DNA of 64,000 nt. Source: Eledone cirrhosa. Taxonomy: Eukaryota. The stretch lies in NCBI GenBank assembly GCA_964016885.1, contig OZ024741.1, positions 362,018,001-362,082,000 of the forward strand, in the 5' to 3' direction. Of this stretch, positions 13,335 through 27,020 are shown piece after piece. The translations under genes were made by a program, and so were the position numbers. Each line of letters begins with the position of its first letter. Positions within the stretch are counted from its first letter, which is position 1. A model generated the notes under the pieces. It searched no databases, was not told the origin of the DNA, and saw only the letters and a program-made list of their open reading frames with translations.

Positions 13335-13412
<78 letters not shown>

Positions 13413-13804
13413 GTGTGTGTGTATAAATATTTCGTATCTCCAAAGAAATACGGTTTTAGGAAGCCGTAACTATGCAAACACCGGGGGGGGGGGGGGCTAA
13501 CGGCCTCTGGTGATGTCCAGCAGAAGATGTCTATATTACATACATACACTCACGCCTGGATAGGCATGGCAAGTAACGTGTGACCAGATTAAAATCATAA
13601 ATGTTAAATGTAAATGATTTCCAATCAATTATGAAAATGTTAATTTATTGCATAAATTTGCATACAATATTGTACAAAATTCAGACAGGTAGAAATCCTT
13701 GAACCATTCAGTCTCAATATATTATTATCGCATAATTATGTCAGTAAGCTGACGTGCCAAGAGTGAAACTTCAAAATTGATGAAATATCGTGATTTTAAG
13801 GTAC

Positions 13805-13838
<34 letters not shown>

Positions 13839-13861
13839 ATATCTATCTATCTATCTATCTA

Positions 13862-14371
13862 TCTACCGCCACCCTCCTTCAAAAACGAAGGAGAGGCGGT
13901 TTTCCTTTGTGTGATAGCTATGGCGAAAGAGGTTGTATGGTGGACAAGGTTGAAAGGGCTGAGGTCAGACACCTTTCTCTCCGGCCAACAACTGATTCTT
14001 TTTTTCAAATACCACTTTGGAAGAAGAATCAGGATGGAGAGAGAGGTGCTGTACCCCAGCAAGTTTTATGAAAGGTGGGTGAAAGTGGCGAGAATGGCCC
14101 GAGTGAATGGGCCTTCTCTCTATATCAGCCTGTAGATTGAGGAAAAGGAGGAGGAGAGGAAAGGAGTACAAGCTCTTCGTACTCCTGGAGATGAGGGTTG
14201 CACATTTTTTTCGGGGGTATGTGTTACCCATATAAACTGTCTCCCTCTATTGGGGAAAATCGACTAACTTTTAAATTCCATCTGTGATAACATTTTACAC
14301 GTTTTTATTGTATGTAAACTTCCCCCTTTGTATTTGTCCCCTTCTTTTGTGCCCCTGTGGCTAATAAAGAA

Positions 14372-14373
<2 letters not shown>
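13862..14373 (+). mobile_element. 5'-truncated Tx1/L1-type LINE, 3' end
   Basis: MAKEVVWWTRLKGLRS...RWVKVARMARV* matches the neighbours' ORF2 C-terminus; AATAAAGAAA followed by (TCTA)n. Confidence 0.85.
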
Positions 14374-14436
<63 letters not shown>

Positions 14437-14668
14437 GCTGTCGTCTGTTCTACAGCGTAGATGTAATTCACTTCGCGCAGAAGTTTTGTTCAAATTTATT
14501 GCGGAAATTTTGTAAGTTCAATTTTAATTTTGATACTATTGTGTAGCTTGACCCCCCCGTCTGAACTGTCAGGCGGTGGGTCAGCTCATCTTTACCCCCC
14601 CTAGGGGTGAAAAACCTGTTTTTAAAAATGTTGTGGCATAAAAAAAAAATTTCAATCGTCTGACAGAA

Positions 14669-16618
14669 ATGTTAAACGAAGCTAACGAAAATAGTGGTGG
14701 GGGGACAGCGGTAAGAGTTGTAAGCTCGCACGCTTTAGTCCCCCCTTCCTTCCCAACTAATGTCATAGAGAAGGAAGGAAAAAATAAAATAAAAACAGAC
14801 GAATCTGCGGAGAAAAATGACGAAAACACAAATCTGGACATGGATTCCAACAACGAAAAAAAAAAATTTGAAAAATTGCATGACAATATTAATACCACAA
14901 ACAAAGACACAACAAACACAAAAATAACATTTGAAAACAACATCATAACAGAAAGCAAAGCAGACGACAAAGTCAACACCAATAAGATTTCATTTGCACA
15001 AACAACAAAGAAATCTTTGACATATATACCTGAAAATATTTCAGATGTGGCACAAAGAATTGCAGACGCCAAACAATATATGACTGAAGGAGAGAATGGT
15101 ATTTTATCGGTAAAAATGCCTCAAGAACTCACCAAAGACATTGAAAGTCGAACGGTCGTTTTCCGCACCATCAACAACACTTCTAAAAAACCTGAACAGC
15201 CAACTCAAGCAGAAATCAAAACAGTACTCACAGAAGTACTTAATGAAACCACTTTCATAAGAAAAGACAGACTGTATGGAAGCCTAGCGATTATTATGAA
15301 GAACGAATCGGCGGCAAAAAAATGTACTTTGTCACCGATTCGTTCGAAAAATTTTACCTTTTATCCATCTTATATGGGTAAAAGAACTCAACGCATATGG
15401 CTGGATGCAATGATGCCAGATGTGGGCTACTGCTGGCTCATAGCTGGCTTCATCGATCTAGCGAATGACAACGTGATTTCCATTGGGAAAACCACAGGCA
15501 ATGCGTTCAGTGGAACAGGTATAGAGCTGGTAGTGCAAATGAAGCCTGAACGCATCGCCCAAATACCCGACAGAATCCTATTAGAGGGCCACGGGTATAT
15601 AAACATTAGCGTGGAGGGGAGAAGACCGTCCTGTCATATCTGTGCAGGCAGAGGGCACCTGAAGGCGGCTTGTCCCCAACTCAACAAAAAGAAAACACTC
15701 CTACCAACACCAACTCCACCATCACCACCACAACAGATAAACAAACAACAAAACTCAGTCCCACCCAACCCGTCCCTCAGTAAAACTACACCACCACCAC
15801 AACACAAACAGTCACAACACATTACCCCAAAACAAAATACAGACCCACCCAACCCCTCACTCAATAAAACAACACAACCACCGCAGCCACAACACACAAC
15901 ACAGTCTAACATAGTGACATCCATCTCCCCCACAAAGAAAACCAACACGGAAACATTACCAACAAACATACCTCTTCCCTCCAACACTGAAGATAACCCA
16001 ACGAATTCGGAGGAAGAAACGGAGTCCTTCAGACAGATTAAAAGGAAAAAAAGAAAACATGTGCAAAACACACAAGGCCAAACAACCCCCACCCAAATGT
16101 CAACACAATCCAACAAAACACAAAACACCCCTCCAGCAACAAACAAAACCAAACCTGCCCCTCCCCTCTTCGAAACACTCACACCATCCGAAAAAAAGAC
16201 ATTACACTATACTTACATCAACAATAATAAATTAAATGAACTCATAAACAATAATCCTTCGGTACAAACCGAAGGTGTAAACTTTGTTTCTTCAGAAAAC
16301 TACCCACATTTAAAATTAATAAAGATCCCAATGAACCTCTACCAAAAACTAAAAAAGGATTTTAAGGAGGACGTAGGACCACCCTCCGTCAAACCCATAA
16401 ACCGCGTCCTACTAAAAAGCTTCCCCCTCCCCTTCCCCTCCCCAACACAACTCCAAACACCCCAACCCCACCACACACTGACGACCCCACACCACCACAA
16501 GACACCCCTTCACCCAACACCCCCGACCCCATGGAAGTCGTGCGACTCGAACCCCGGGAAACAGAAAGGTAGGTCTCTACACTCTCCTTTGGCTCTGCCG
16601 CCCACATGGATGTGTTAA
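14669..16618 (+). CDS. LINE ORF1 (gag-like, CCHC zinc knuckle), 649 aa
   Basis: Open frame containing CHICAGRGHLKAAC; overlaps the ORF2 start. Confidence 0.85.
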   Translation: MLNEANENSGGGTAVRVVSSHALVPPSFPTNVIEKEGKNKIKTDESAEKNDENTNLDMDSNNEKKKFEKLHDNINTTNKDTTNTKITFENNIITESKADDKVNTNKISFAQTTKKSLTYIPENISDVAQRIADAKQYMTEGENGILSVKMPQELTKDIESRTVVFRTINNTSKKPEQPTQAEIKTVLTEVLNETTFIRKDRLYGSLAIIMKNESAAKKCTLSPIRSKNFTFYPSYMGKRTQRIWLDAMMPDVGYCWLIAGFIDLANDNVISIGKTTGNAFSGTGIELVVQMKPERIAQIPDRILLEGHGYINISVEGRRPSCHICAGRGHLKAACPQLNKKKTLLPTPTPPSPPQQINKQQNSVPPNPSLSKTTPPPQHKQSQHITPKQNTDPPNPSLNKTTQPPQPQHTTQSNIVTSISPTKKTNTETLPTNIPLPSNTEDNPTNSEEETESFRQIKRKKRKHVQNTQGQTTPTQMSTQSNKTQNTPPATNKTKPAPPLFETLTPSEKKTLHYTYINNNKLNELINNNPSVQTEGVNFVSSENYPHLKLIKIPMNLYQKLKKDFKEDVGPPSVKPINRVLLKSFPLPFPSPTQLQTPQPHHTLTTPHHHKTPLHPTPPTPWKSCDSNPGKQKGRSLHSPLALPPTWMC

Positions 16619-19600
16619 GAGTAGGATGTTTGAATGCATGTGGCCTGGGCTCAACTTGGAAGCAAGCAAAGCTTCTAAATGACCTCAGGTCATGTGGTAT
16701 AAATGTAATGGTTATCTGTGAGACTCGGATCAGCGTCGTGCGGCAGCTGGCCCCCACCTTCGATGACTTTGAGGTGCATGCATCTCTCTGTCAACCTGGA
16801 GGTGGGGGTGGGGTTGTCGTACTGCTGCAAAAACACCTGGGTCTTGCCGTACAGGTTGTTCACTCGGACCCGGAGGGTCGTTTGTTGGTGCTAGACGTTG
16901 GCAGTAGTGAAGGTGCGGCCTTGAGACTGGTCGCCGTCTACTCCCCTTTCGGAGCTGAACGGCCCGACTTCTTCCAGCGTTTGGAGACTTTTCTGGGAAC
17001 GTCGCGTTCCCTGCTTCTAGCGGGGGATTGGAATGACATCCTAGATGCACGTTGGGACTATGCAGGAGCATGTCCTAATAGAGGGGGTGTAACAGCCTCA
17101 AGGGGTTACTCGACCGTTTTAACTTGGTCGATAGATATCGACTAGATTTTCCAACTGTGCCTACCTGGACTTGGAGAAACCACAGTGGTCAATCTAGATC
17201 GTACTTAGATAGATTCTTAGTTAGAAGTAAAGATAGGGACATATTAAGCTGTCCAGAAATGCGCACGGTTGGCTATACGGATCACAAATTAGTGACCTGC
17301 GTAGTCAATCTCGAGAAAACACATAAACAGGGTCCCGGTTACTGGAAACTTAATTTGTCTTTACCGGCAAAAGAGACTTACAGAAACCGGATTAGCAGAT
17401 TAGTTAAGGAGAGGTTGACGGGTGCAATCGTCAACAACCGATGGTGGGCATCTCTCAAAAGAGAGATTAGAACAGAATCAATAAGTTATAGCAAGATGTT
17501 AGCTGCCGATAGGAATAGAAACGAGAAAGAATTAACAGGTAAATTAGAAGAGGCAATCAAGAGCGAAGATGTGGCCAGAGTGCTGGCATCGAGGACGGCC
17601 TTGAACCAGTTTTTCGATGCAAAGCACGAAGGCTGCGTCATTCGAAGTAAAATACGTGCTCTAGGTAATGAGGGGGCCAAAGCCGTTGGCTGGGCCCGCG
17701 TGACAGAAGCTAAGAGTGGAAATCGATCCACCATCCGGGCGTTGCAAGACGAGGATGGACGGGTGATCCGGGAGCCTAAGCAGATGTGCGAGGCCTTTCA
17801 AAGGCACTTTGCCCGATTATTCGGGGGAGGCGAGGGTCCGGGCGGGGACGTGGATTTCGGTCCATACCTCGACGGCCTGCCGCGTCTCTCGAGCGAAGAG
17901 GCAGAGTCCTGCGAGGGACCAATCTCGGCTGATGAGATCGGAGATGCGCTGAGCCAATGCAGCAGACGCAAATCTCCAGGTCTCGATGGTATACCTTACG
18001 AACTTTATTTAGCAATGCCGGTCTTCTTCTCCGAACTCCTCGAAGCGGTCTACTGCAATTGGCAGCAGAACGGGAGAATTCCTTGTTCTGTAGCCAAGGG
18101 CGTAGTCTCGCTGATGAGGAAGGACGAGAACAAGGGGGATAGTATAAATAATTTTCGGCCCATAACCCTGCTAAACACAGAGTTAAAGATTTTGGCCAAG
18201 GTGTTAGCAAAGAGGTTGGCGCTTGTCGTGGGTAGCCTGGTGGGAGATGCGCAGACATGTGCTATCCCATCCAGGTCCATTCACGATAACCTCCACCTCA
18301 TGCGATACATCATAGAGAGGGTTGGCAACAAACCCGGCTTCGGTGGGGCCCTGATCAACTTGGATCAGTCTAAGGCCTTCGATAGGGTCGACCATGGTTA
18401 CTTGGATGCGGTGCTAGCGGCGGCTGGGTTCGGTCCTGTTTTCAGAGGCTGGATCACTGCCTTACATAGCAACCACATCTGTTCTAGGATCAAGGTGAAC
18501 GGCTACCTTTCGAAGCCGTTCGAAATCACACGATCCATTCGACAGGGGTGCCCTCTCTCCTCCCTTCTGTACGTATTGACTCTCGAGCCTTTACTGGGGA
18601 AGTTGGAGTTGTTGCAGGGTATCCCCCTGGAACCAGGATTGAGCAAAGCGGTGTCGGCCTACGCCGATGACGTAACAGTAATGGTATCGACCGACTCGGA
18701 AATCGAGGCGATCGGTACCTTACTGGAGGATTACGAAAGGTTGTCAGGAGCGAAACTGAACCGGGAAAAATCCATCGGGCTGCAACTCGGAACGTGGAGA
18801 GGCAGACCGATGCCTCCCGACGGTGTCGTCGGACACTGGACGGAGGGCCCGGTAAAGTTGCTTGGGGTCTGGTTTGGACCGGACCTCCAGGTGGAAAAGA
18901 ACTGGGACGAGGTTACGAACAAGGTGTTTGCACTAGCCCAGAAATGGGCCAAGTGTAAGCTGTCCCTAAAAGGCCGGGCGGAGGTGGCGAACATTTATAT
19001 AGCGTCCGTCACTTACTACCGCCTGACTGTCGTGCCTTGCCCTAAGGAAACACTCACCACCATGGAACGCATGCTCTTCCAATTTCTTTGGAAGAAGCGC
19101 CCTCCTATGGTGAGAAGATCCATCTGCTGCCAACAACCTCCGAAAGGAGGGCTGGGGATGCCGTGGTTGATGATGCGTAGGCACGCATTAAGGCTACGGC
19201 ACCTACAGGTATTCCTCACTGGTCAACCGGTGTGGGCTCCGTTCGTGAAACGAGCCTTTCCGAGACTCGTCTCGCTCACCGAGCTGCAGTCCTGGGTCAA
19301 GCAAAGATCCGGAAAACTGGGAGACTGGCACACTGAGTGTGCTCAGGCGCTCAGGGCTCTCTGGCAAGCGGGCCAGGCCATCGGTGGAGAATCCACCTCA
19401 TCATTCTATAGAGGGCTGGTGGCTAGCAGGGGCGATGACACCCTTGGAGAGTCGCTGGACATGGAAGAGGACGAACTGGCCAGCCTGTTCGGTAGGACTT
19501 TCGGCCCGGGACCAATGGACAACTTCCAGAAGTCACTAGCCTGGCAGTGCTACCGGGGAGCTCTACCCGTTCGAGAGAGGCTCTACAGACACGGGCGCCC

Positions 19601-20041
19601 GGGCAGGGATCCCTCGAAAAAGATTTGCCCTAGATGCGTGCGTCACGAAGAAACCGTTGCGCACGCATTGGTGCAATGTCCGGGCGTGGCTGATCTGTGG
19701 GGCTACGCCGAACGACTGCTGTCGCGGGTGGCGCCGATTCAATTGACCGCCGAGTCCGTGATGACAATCAAACCGCCTCCCCTCTTCACAAAGGAAGCAA
19801 AGGCGGTTTTTCTGTGCGTAATAGCCATGTTGAAAGAGGTTGTTTGGTGGACACGATTGAAAGGTCTGAGGTCAGGCAACTTCCTCTCTGGCCATAGTCT
19901 GGTCTACTTCTTCCGATATCACTTCGGAAGAGGATAAGAATGGAGAGAGAGGTGCTTGGCCACAGGCAGTTTTATTAAAGGTGGGTGATAGTGGCGAGAA
20001 TGGCTCGTGTAAATGGGCCTTCTCTGTATACGATCCTGTAG
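16606..20041 (+). pseudogene. LINE ORF2 (APE endonuclease + RT + Zn finger), frameshifted
   Basis: Motifs GDWN, TDH, KSPGLDG, RPITLLN, DQSKAFD, RQGCPLS, YADD and CPRC..ETVAH. Apparent 1-nt deletions near 17083 and 19930 relative to the 21179-24336 copy. Confidence 0.88.
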
Positions 20042-20287
20042 GTAAATAAGTGAAGGAGAGGGGAGCATCTTCTCCATGTGCTCCCCGGGCAAAGGATTGC
20101 ACACTTTTTCGGGGTGTGTGCAACCCCCATCACGTCCCCTCCCTTTTGAGGTTGTTTTCGATTATTTTCATTTTATACCCTTTTTATTCGATTGTATGTA
20201 AACTCCCCCTTTGTATTTGACCCTTCTTTTTATGCCTTTATGGTAAATAAAGAAATATATCTATCTACCTATCTATCTATCTCTTTA

Positions 20288-23200
20288 CGATGGACACATG
20301 TGCTGAGCTCGCTCGGTAAGTTTCGTTTAAATTTATCCGGAAATTGTGAACTGTAAACTTTCATTTTTGTACCATTTTGTAGAGGGACTGCCAGGTCAAA
20401 TTTTGATCTGGTCAGTCTCTCAAAATATTGTACGCCTTTAGGCGAAATAGTGTTGTAAACATTTTATCTTTCGAAAAATTTCGAAAAATCCTATTTTGAG
20501 AAAAATGGCTGAAGCATCTTCACCAACAATCAAAGAAAGAAAAGGGAAGTCATACTCACAGCTTCCCCCTGCCACTGTCACAGCAGCAGATGCCAAAGGC
20601 AGAGGTCAGCCAGAGGAAGAATTGTCTTCACCTGTTGACCGACAACTTGATGTAGCCACAACTATACAAGAAACTGAAAACAACAACAACAACGACAACA
20701 ACTGCAACAATAAAGACAACAAAAACAACAACAACACAAACGTCACAAGTATCCACACACCAAACGAGAAAGACAACAACAACAAAGATGAAAACAACTC
20801 AAACGACGAGAAACAAAACAATACAAACACCAACAACGAAAACAAAACGGCTAAATTATCAGTCACTTATGTGCTTGAAGATATTTCAAAAGCAAAAGAA
20901 AAGCTGGAAAAAGCCCAAAAATATGTATCTTTTGGCGAAAACGGTTCGTTTTCTATAAATTCACCTCCAGAACTAAAAAAACAGACGAATTACGAACTGT
21001 CGTATTCCGTACAATTTTAAATAAAACAAAAAAAACCAGCACAACCATCTCAAGCTGAAATTCAATTAGTACTGAAAGAAGCGATGAAAGACATCACTTT
21101 CATACAAAAGGATAAACTCTATGGGAGTTTATCCATATTGATGAAAGACGAATTGGATAAACTCCAGGGGGTCGACTGGTGGTGCTGGACCTTGGCAGTG
21201 GTGAAGGTGGAGCCTTTAGGCTGGTAGCCGCATATGCCCCTTTTGGGACAGAGCGGCCCGACTTTTTCCAGCATCTGGAGTCTTTTCTAGGGACGTCCCG
21301 TTCCCTGCTTTTAGTGGGGGACTGGAATGGTATCCTGGATGCACGTTGGGACTATGCAGGGGCATGTCCCGATAGAGAGGGGTGCAACAGCCTCAAGGGG
21401 TTACTCGGCCGATTTGACCTGGCCGATAGATTTCGACTAGATTTTCCGACGGTGCCAACCTGGTCTTGGTCAAATCGCAGCGGATCATCTAGGTCGTACC
21501 TAGATAGATTTTTAGTTAGAAATAAGGACAGGGACTTTTTAAGTTGTCCAGAAATGTTCATGGTTGGCTATTCAGACCACAAGTTGGTGACCTGCATGGT
21601 CAACCTTGATAGAACGCATAGACAGGGCCCCGGTTACTGGAAGCTCAACTTGTCCTTGCTGGCAAGTAGAGCTTACAGGGATCGGATTAGTACGTTAGTT
21701 AAGGAACGGTTGACTGGAGCGATCGTCAACAGCAGGTGGTGGGTATCTCTAAAGAGAGAGATTAGAGTAGTCTCGATAGAATTTAGTAAGGTTCTAGCTG
21801 CGGATAGGAATAGGAAGGAAAGGGAGCTAAAAGATAGAGTAGAAGAGGCAATTAGAAGCGGCGACGTGGCCAGAGTGCTAGCGTCGAGAACGACTTTGAG
21901 CCAGTTTTTCGACGCGAAGCACGAAGGCTGCGTTGTCCGAAGTAAAATACGTGCTCTAGGGAACGAGGGGGCCAAAGCTGTTAGCTGGGCCCGCGTGACA
22001 GAGGCCAAGAGTGGAACTAAATCCACCATCTGGTCTTTGCGAGACCAGGATGGACGGGCGATCCTTGAGCCTAAGCAGATGTGTGAGGTCTTTCAAAGGC
22101 ACTTTGCCCGACTGTTCGGGAGGGGCGGGGAGCCGGTTGGGAATGTGGACTTCGGTACATACCTCGACGGGCTGCCGCGTCTCTCGGACAGGGAGGCGAA
22201 GTCCTGCGAGGAGCCGATTTCGGCCGCTGAGATAGAGGACGAGCTGAGCCAATGCGGCAAACGCAAATCCCCGAGTCTCGATCGTCTTCCATACGAATTA
22301 TATCTAACTATGCCGGACTTGTTCCCCGATCTCCTCGAGGCGGTCTACTGCAACTGGCAACAGAACGGGAGAATTCCCTGTACTGTGACCAAGGGCGTAG
22401 TCACGCTAGTGAGAAAGGACGAGAACAAGGGGGACGAAATAAGTAACTTCAGGCCCATAACTCTGCTAAATACAGAGTTACAGATTTTGGCCAAGGTGCT
22501 AGCAAAGAGGTTGGCGCTTGTCGTGGGCAACCTGGTGGGAGATGCGCAGACATGCGCTATCCCGTCCAGGTCCATCCATGACAACCTCCACCTCATGCGA
22601 TACATCATAGAGAGGGTTGGGAACGAACCCGGCTTTGGTGGGGCTCTGATCAACTTGGATCAATCTAAGGCGTTCGATAGGGTCAACCATGGTTACCTGG
22701 ATGCGGTGCTAGCGGCGGCAGGCTTCGGACCTGTTTTCAGGGGCTGGATCACTGCTATGCACAGCAGCCGCATCTGCTCTAGGGTCAAGGTGAACGGCTA
22801 CCTCTCGGAGCCGTTCAAAATCGCGCGGTCCATCCGACAAGGGTGCCCTCTCTCCTCCCTTCTGTATGTGTTGACTCTCGAGCCACTACTGCGGAAGTTG
22901 GAGTTATTGCAGGGCATCCCGTTGGAACCGGGATTGCGGAAAGCGGTGTAGGCCTACGCCGATGGCGTGACAGTAATGGTGTCGACGGCCTCCGAAATCG
23001 GGGCGGTCGGCACCTTACTGGAGGAGTACGAAAGGTTCACAGGGGCTAAGCTGAACCGGGACAAGTCGATCGGTTTGCAACTCGGCACGTGGAGGGGCAG
23101 ACCGATGCCCTCCGATGGCGTCGTCGGACGCTGGACGGAGGGCCCGGTGAAGTTGCTCGGGGTCTGGTTCGGACCGGACATCCAGGTGGAGAAGAACTGG

Positions 23201-24590
23201 GCGGAGGTTACGAACAGGGTGTTTGCACTGACCCAGAAGTGGGCCAGTTGCAAACTATCCCTGAAAGGTCGGGCGGAGGTGGCGAGCACCTATATAGCGT
23301 CTGTCATCTACTACCGCCTGACCGTAGTGCCCTGCCCAAGGGAAACCCTCGCCAAGATGGAGCGCGCGATCTTCCAATTCCTTTGGAAGAGGCGGGCTCC
23401 CTTGGTGAGGAGATCCATCTGCTGTCAACACCCTTCGAAAGGAGGGCTGGGGATGCCGTGGCTAATGATGCGTAAACACGCATTAAGGCTACGGCACCTC
23501 TACGTATTCCTCACAGGTCAACCGGTGTGGGCCTCGTTTGTGAGACGAACCTTTCCCAGACTCGTCTCACTCACCGAGCTGCAAACCTGGATCAAGCAAA
23601 GACCGAGAAAACTGGGCGCCTGGCACACTGAGTGTGCCCAGGCGCTCACCGCCCTCTGGCAGGCGGATCCGGTTATCAGTGGAGACTCCACCGCAACATT
23701 CTATAGAGGGCTGGTACGCAGCAGGTGCGACGACGCCCTCGGAGAAGCCCTAGACATGGAGGGGGACGAACTGGCCAGCCTGTTCGGTAGGACATTCAGC
23801 CCGGAACCTATGGACAACTTCCAGAAGTCCCTGGCCTGGCAGTGCTACCGAGGGGCTCTACCCGTTCGAGAAAAGCTCTACAGACACGGGCGCCCGGGTA
23901 GGGACCCCGCCAAAAAGATCTGTCCCAGATGCGTGTGCGACGAGGAAACCGTTGCACACGCATTGGTACACTGCTCGGGCGTAGCCGATCTGTGGGGCTA
24001 TGTCGAACAACTGCTGTCAAGGGTGGGACCGATCCGGTTGACCACCGAGTCTATTGTAATGATCAAGCCGCCTCCCCCCTTCAAAGCTGAAGGAGAGGCG
24101 GTGTTTCTGTGCGTAATAGCCATGGTGAAAGAAGTTGTATGATGGACGCGTCTGAAAGGACTGAGGTCAGACACCTTTCTCTCTGGCCAACAACTGGTCC
24201 GTTTCTTCCGATATCATTTCGGAAGAAAGATCAGGATGGAGAGAGAGGTGCTGCACCCCAGTCGTTTTTATGAAAGGTGGGTGAAAGTGGCGAGAATGGC
24301 CCGTGTGAATGGGCCTTCTCTTTACATAAGCCTGTAGGTGGAAAGGAGGAAGGAACGAGGGAGCACCCCCTCTCTGTGCTCCTCAGGAGAAGGGTTGCAC
24401 ACTTTTTTCGGGGGTGTGTGCGACCCCCCAGGGCGCCTCCTCTCTATTGAGGATTTTGTTATAATTTTATTTTTTGTTATATTTTATTTTATTTTTATTG
24501 CCTCCTCCTTATTGAGGACGCCTTGTTTTGTAAACTCCCCCCATTGTACTTGTCCCACTTTTGATGCCCTGGTGGCAAATAAAAGAAACA
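20288..24590 (+). mobile_element. Internally deleted, inactivated Tx1/L1-type LINE
   Basis: The 5' part of ORF1 (from ~20505) is fused at ~21160 to mid-APE; nonsense codons at 22949 and 24140; YADD changed to YADG. Confidence 0.9.
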
Positions 24591-24619
24591 TATCCATCCA
24601 TTCATCCATCCATCCATCC

Positions 24620-24739
<120 letters not shown>

Positions 24740-24751
24740 CTATCTATCTAT

Positions 24752-25338
24752 CTGTAGAACTATGCAGAACAACTGCTGTCGCGTATGGAACAAATCCAGT
24801 TGACTGCCGAGTCCATAGTAAGGATCAAACCGCCAGCCTCTTTCAAAAACGAAAGAGAGGCGGTTTTCCTCTATATAGTGGCTATGGTGAAAGAGGTTAT
24901 ATGGTGGACGATATTGAGAGGACTGAGGACTGAGGACAGATGCCTTTCTCTCCGGACAACAACTCATTCCCTTCTTTAGATACCACTTTAGAAGGAGAAT
25001 CAGAGTGGAGAGAGAGGCACTGCACCCCAGTAAATTTACTGAAAGGTGGGTGAATGTGGCAAAAATGGCCCGAGTGATTGGGCCTTCTCTGTATATAAAC
25101 CTGTAGGTTGAAGAAGAGTGCAAAAGCAAGCAAGGAGCACTTGCACAACGCGCTCCTGAAGTTGAGGGTTGTTCTATCGACAGGGTATTAAACAACCCAT
25201 TTGTGGCGCTTCCCCCTATTGGGATTTCGATTGTTATAATTGTTTGTTTTATATTTTTACACGATTGTATGTAAAATCCCCGGCATGTCTTTGCTTTGTC
25301 CCCTTTTCTTGTGCGCCCTTGTGTCTAATAAAGAAATA
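24752..25338 (+). mobile_element. 5'-truncated Tx1/L1-type LINE, 3' end
   Basis: [13 protein letters not shown]...KEVIWWT remnant; AATAAAGAAA followed by TCTA/CCTA repeats. Confidence 0.8.
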
Positions 25339-25389
25339 TATCTATCTATCTACCTACCTACCTACCTACCTACCTACCTATCTATCTAT

Positions 25390-27020
25390 ATGGGTGAGTT
25401 TTTGTTTAATTTTCCACCAGAAAATCTGATATTTGTAAATTTTATTTTACATTGTTTTAAAGATAACCAACCACCTGAAACTGCAGGTGGTTGGTTTCTC
25501 TAAGTTTCAAACCCGTATGGGCGAAAATTTGCTCTGAAATTTCGGAAAATTGAAAATGTTATTTGTGAAATTTAGCTGAAATGGAAGAAACGCTATCTTC
25601 CTCCAAAACACAGAACGCTTCTGTAAAGAAATCAACCAGGTATAACTGGAATGGGACCTTCGTGGAACTCCTGGTCCATATGAAACCAGAAAGAGTTTCG
25701 AAGATACCCGAAAGGGTACCTGTTGATAACAGCCACGTTATCAACACCACAGTGGAGGGCAGAAAACCACAGTGTTTTCGATGTGGAAAGGATACCCATA
25801 TTAAAGCATTTTGTCCAATGCTAAACACACCAAAACAGAACAAAGTGCTGCTACCAACACACAAACCCCAACAGTAACACCCGGAAACAAAGAACACAAC
25901 CCCCCAAAACAGAAAAAAAAAACAATATCTACACCACCAACACAAACCAAAAAAGACACCACACCAAAAATCCCCCTGAAGGACTCTCTCTCATCCCTTC
26001 CCCCTGTCTAACACGCCCACAAACACTCCACCACCACACAACATAACCCTCCCACATACACCTGATGATAAGACCTCACCGACATGACGACTGTACGAGT
26101 TGGATGTTTGAATGCGTGTGACCTAGGGATGTCCTTGAAACAGGGCCAACTTTTAAATGGCCTCAGGTAACACCGTATAGATGTGATAGCCGTCAGCGAG
26201 TCCAGGATTCACGACAAGCAGCAATTAACCCCCATGATCAATGACTTTGATATCTACGCATCTCTCTGTCAGCCAGGAGGTGGAGGGGGGGGGGGGGGGT
26301 CGGTTGTTTTGTTTCGAAAAAAAACCCCTGGATCTCGAAATACGGACAATCTACTTGGACCTCGAATGTAAGCTGGTGGTCCTAGACGTGAATGGTGGTG
26401 AAAGTGGAGCTTTCAGACTGGTGGCCGTCTACGCCCCGACTAGGACATCGCGGCCCGAGTTCTTTAAGCGTCTGGAGTCTTTCCTGGGAACGTCTCGCTC
26501 TTTACTGTTAGCGGGGGACTGGAATAGTATCTTAGACGCACGCTGGGACTATGTAGGAGAATGCAATAGAAAAGGGGGGTGTAACAGCCTCAGAAATCTC
26601 ATCAGCCAATTCCAACTGGCTGATAGATATCGACTAGATTTCCCAAGTTCACCACTGGGTCTTCTAGATCGCATTTAGATAGATTTCTAATTAGACAAAA
26701 CGTTAGGGGAACATTAAGCTGTCGACAAATGCACATGGTTGCCCATTCAGACCACAAATTAGTGACCTACATAGTCAACCTTGATAGAACACATGAGTAA
26801 GGTGACGACAGACACCTTACTCTCCGGACAACAACTTATTCCCTTCGTTAAATACCACTTCAGAGTGAAGAGAGAGGTGCTGCACCCCAGTAAATTCGCC
26901 GAAAGGTGGGTGAATGTGGCGACATGACCCGAGTGATTGGGCCTTCTCTGTATATAAACCTGTAGGTTGAAGAAGACAAGAGCACTTATAAGACATGCTC
27001 CTGGAGTTGAGGGTTGTGAT
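25390..27020 (+). mobile_element. Multiply deleted Tx1/L1-type LINE
   Basis: 5' UTR hairpin, ORF1 knuckle CFRCGKDTHIKAFC, APE remnant at ~26084-26800, then a jump to the 3' end. Confidence 0.8.

Larger units (their letters stand above)
14438..20257 (+). mobile_element. Near full-length Tx1/L1-clade LINE
   Basis: 5' UTR, ORF1, APE-RT-Zn ORF2 and 3' UTR with AATAAA; flanked by (TCTA)n on both sides. Confidence 0.92.
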
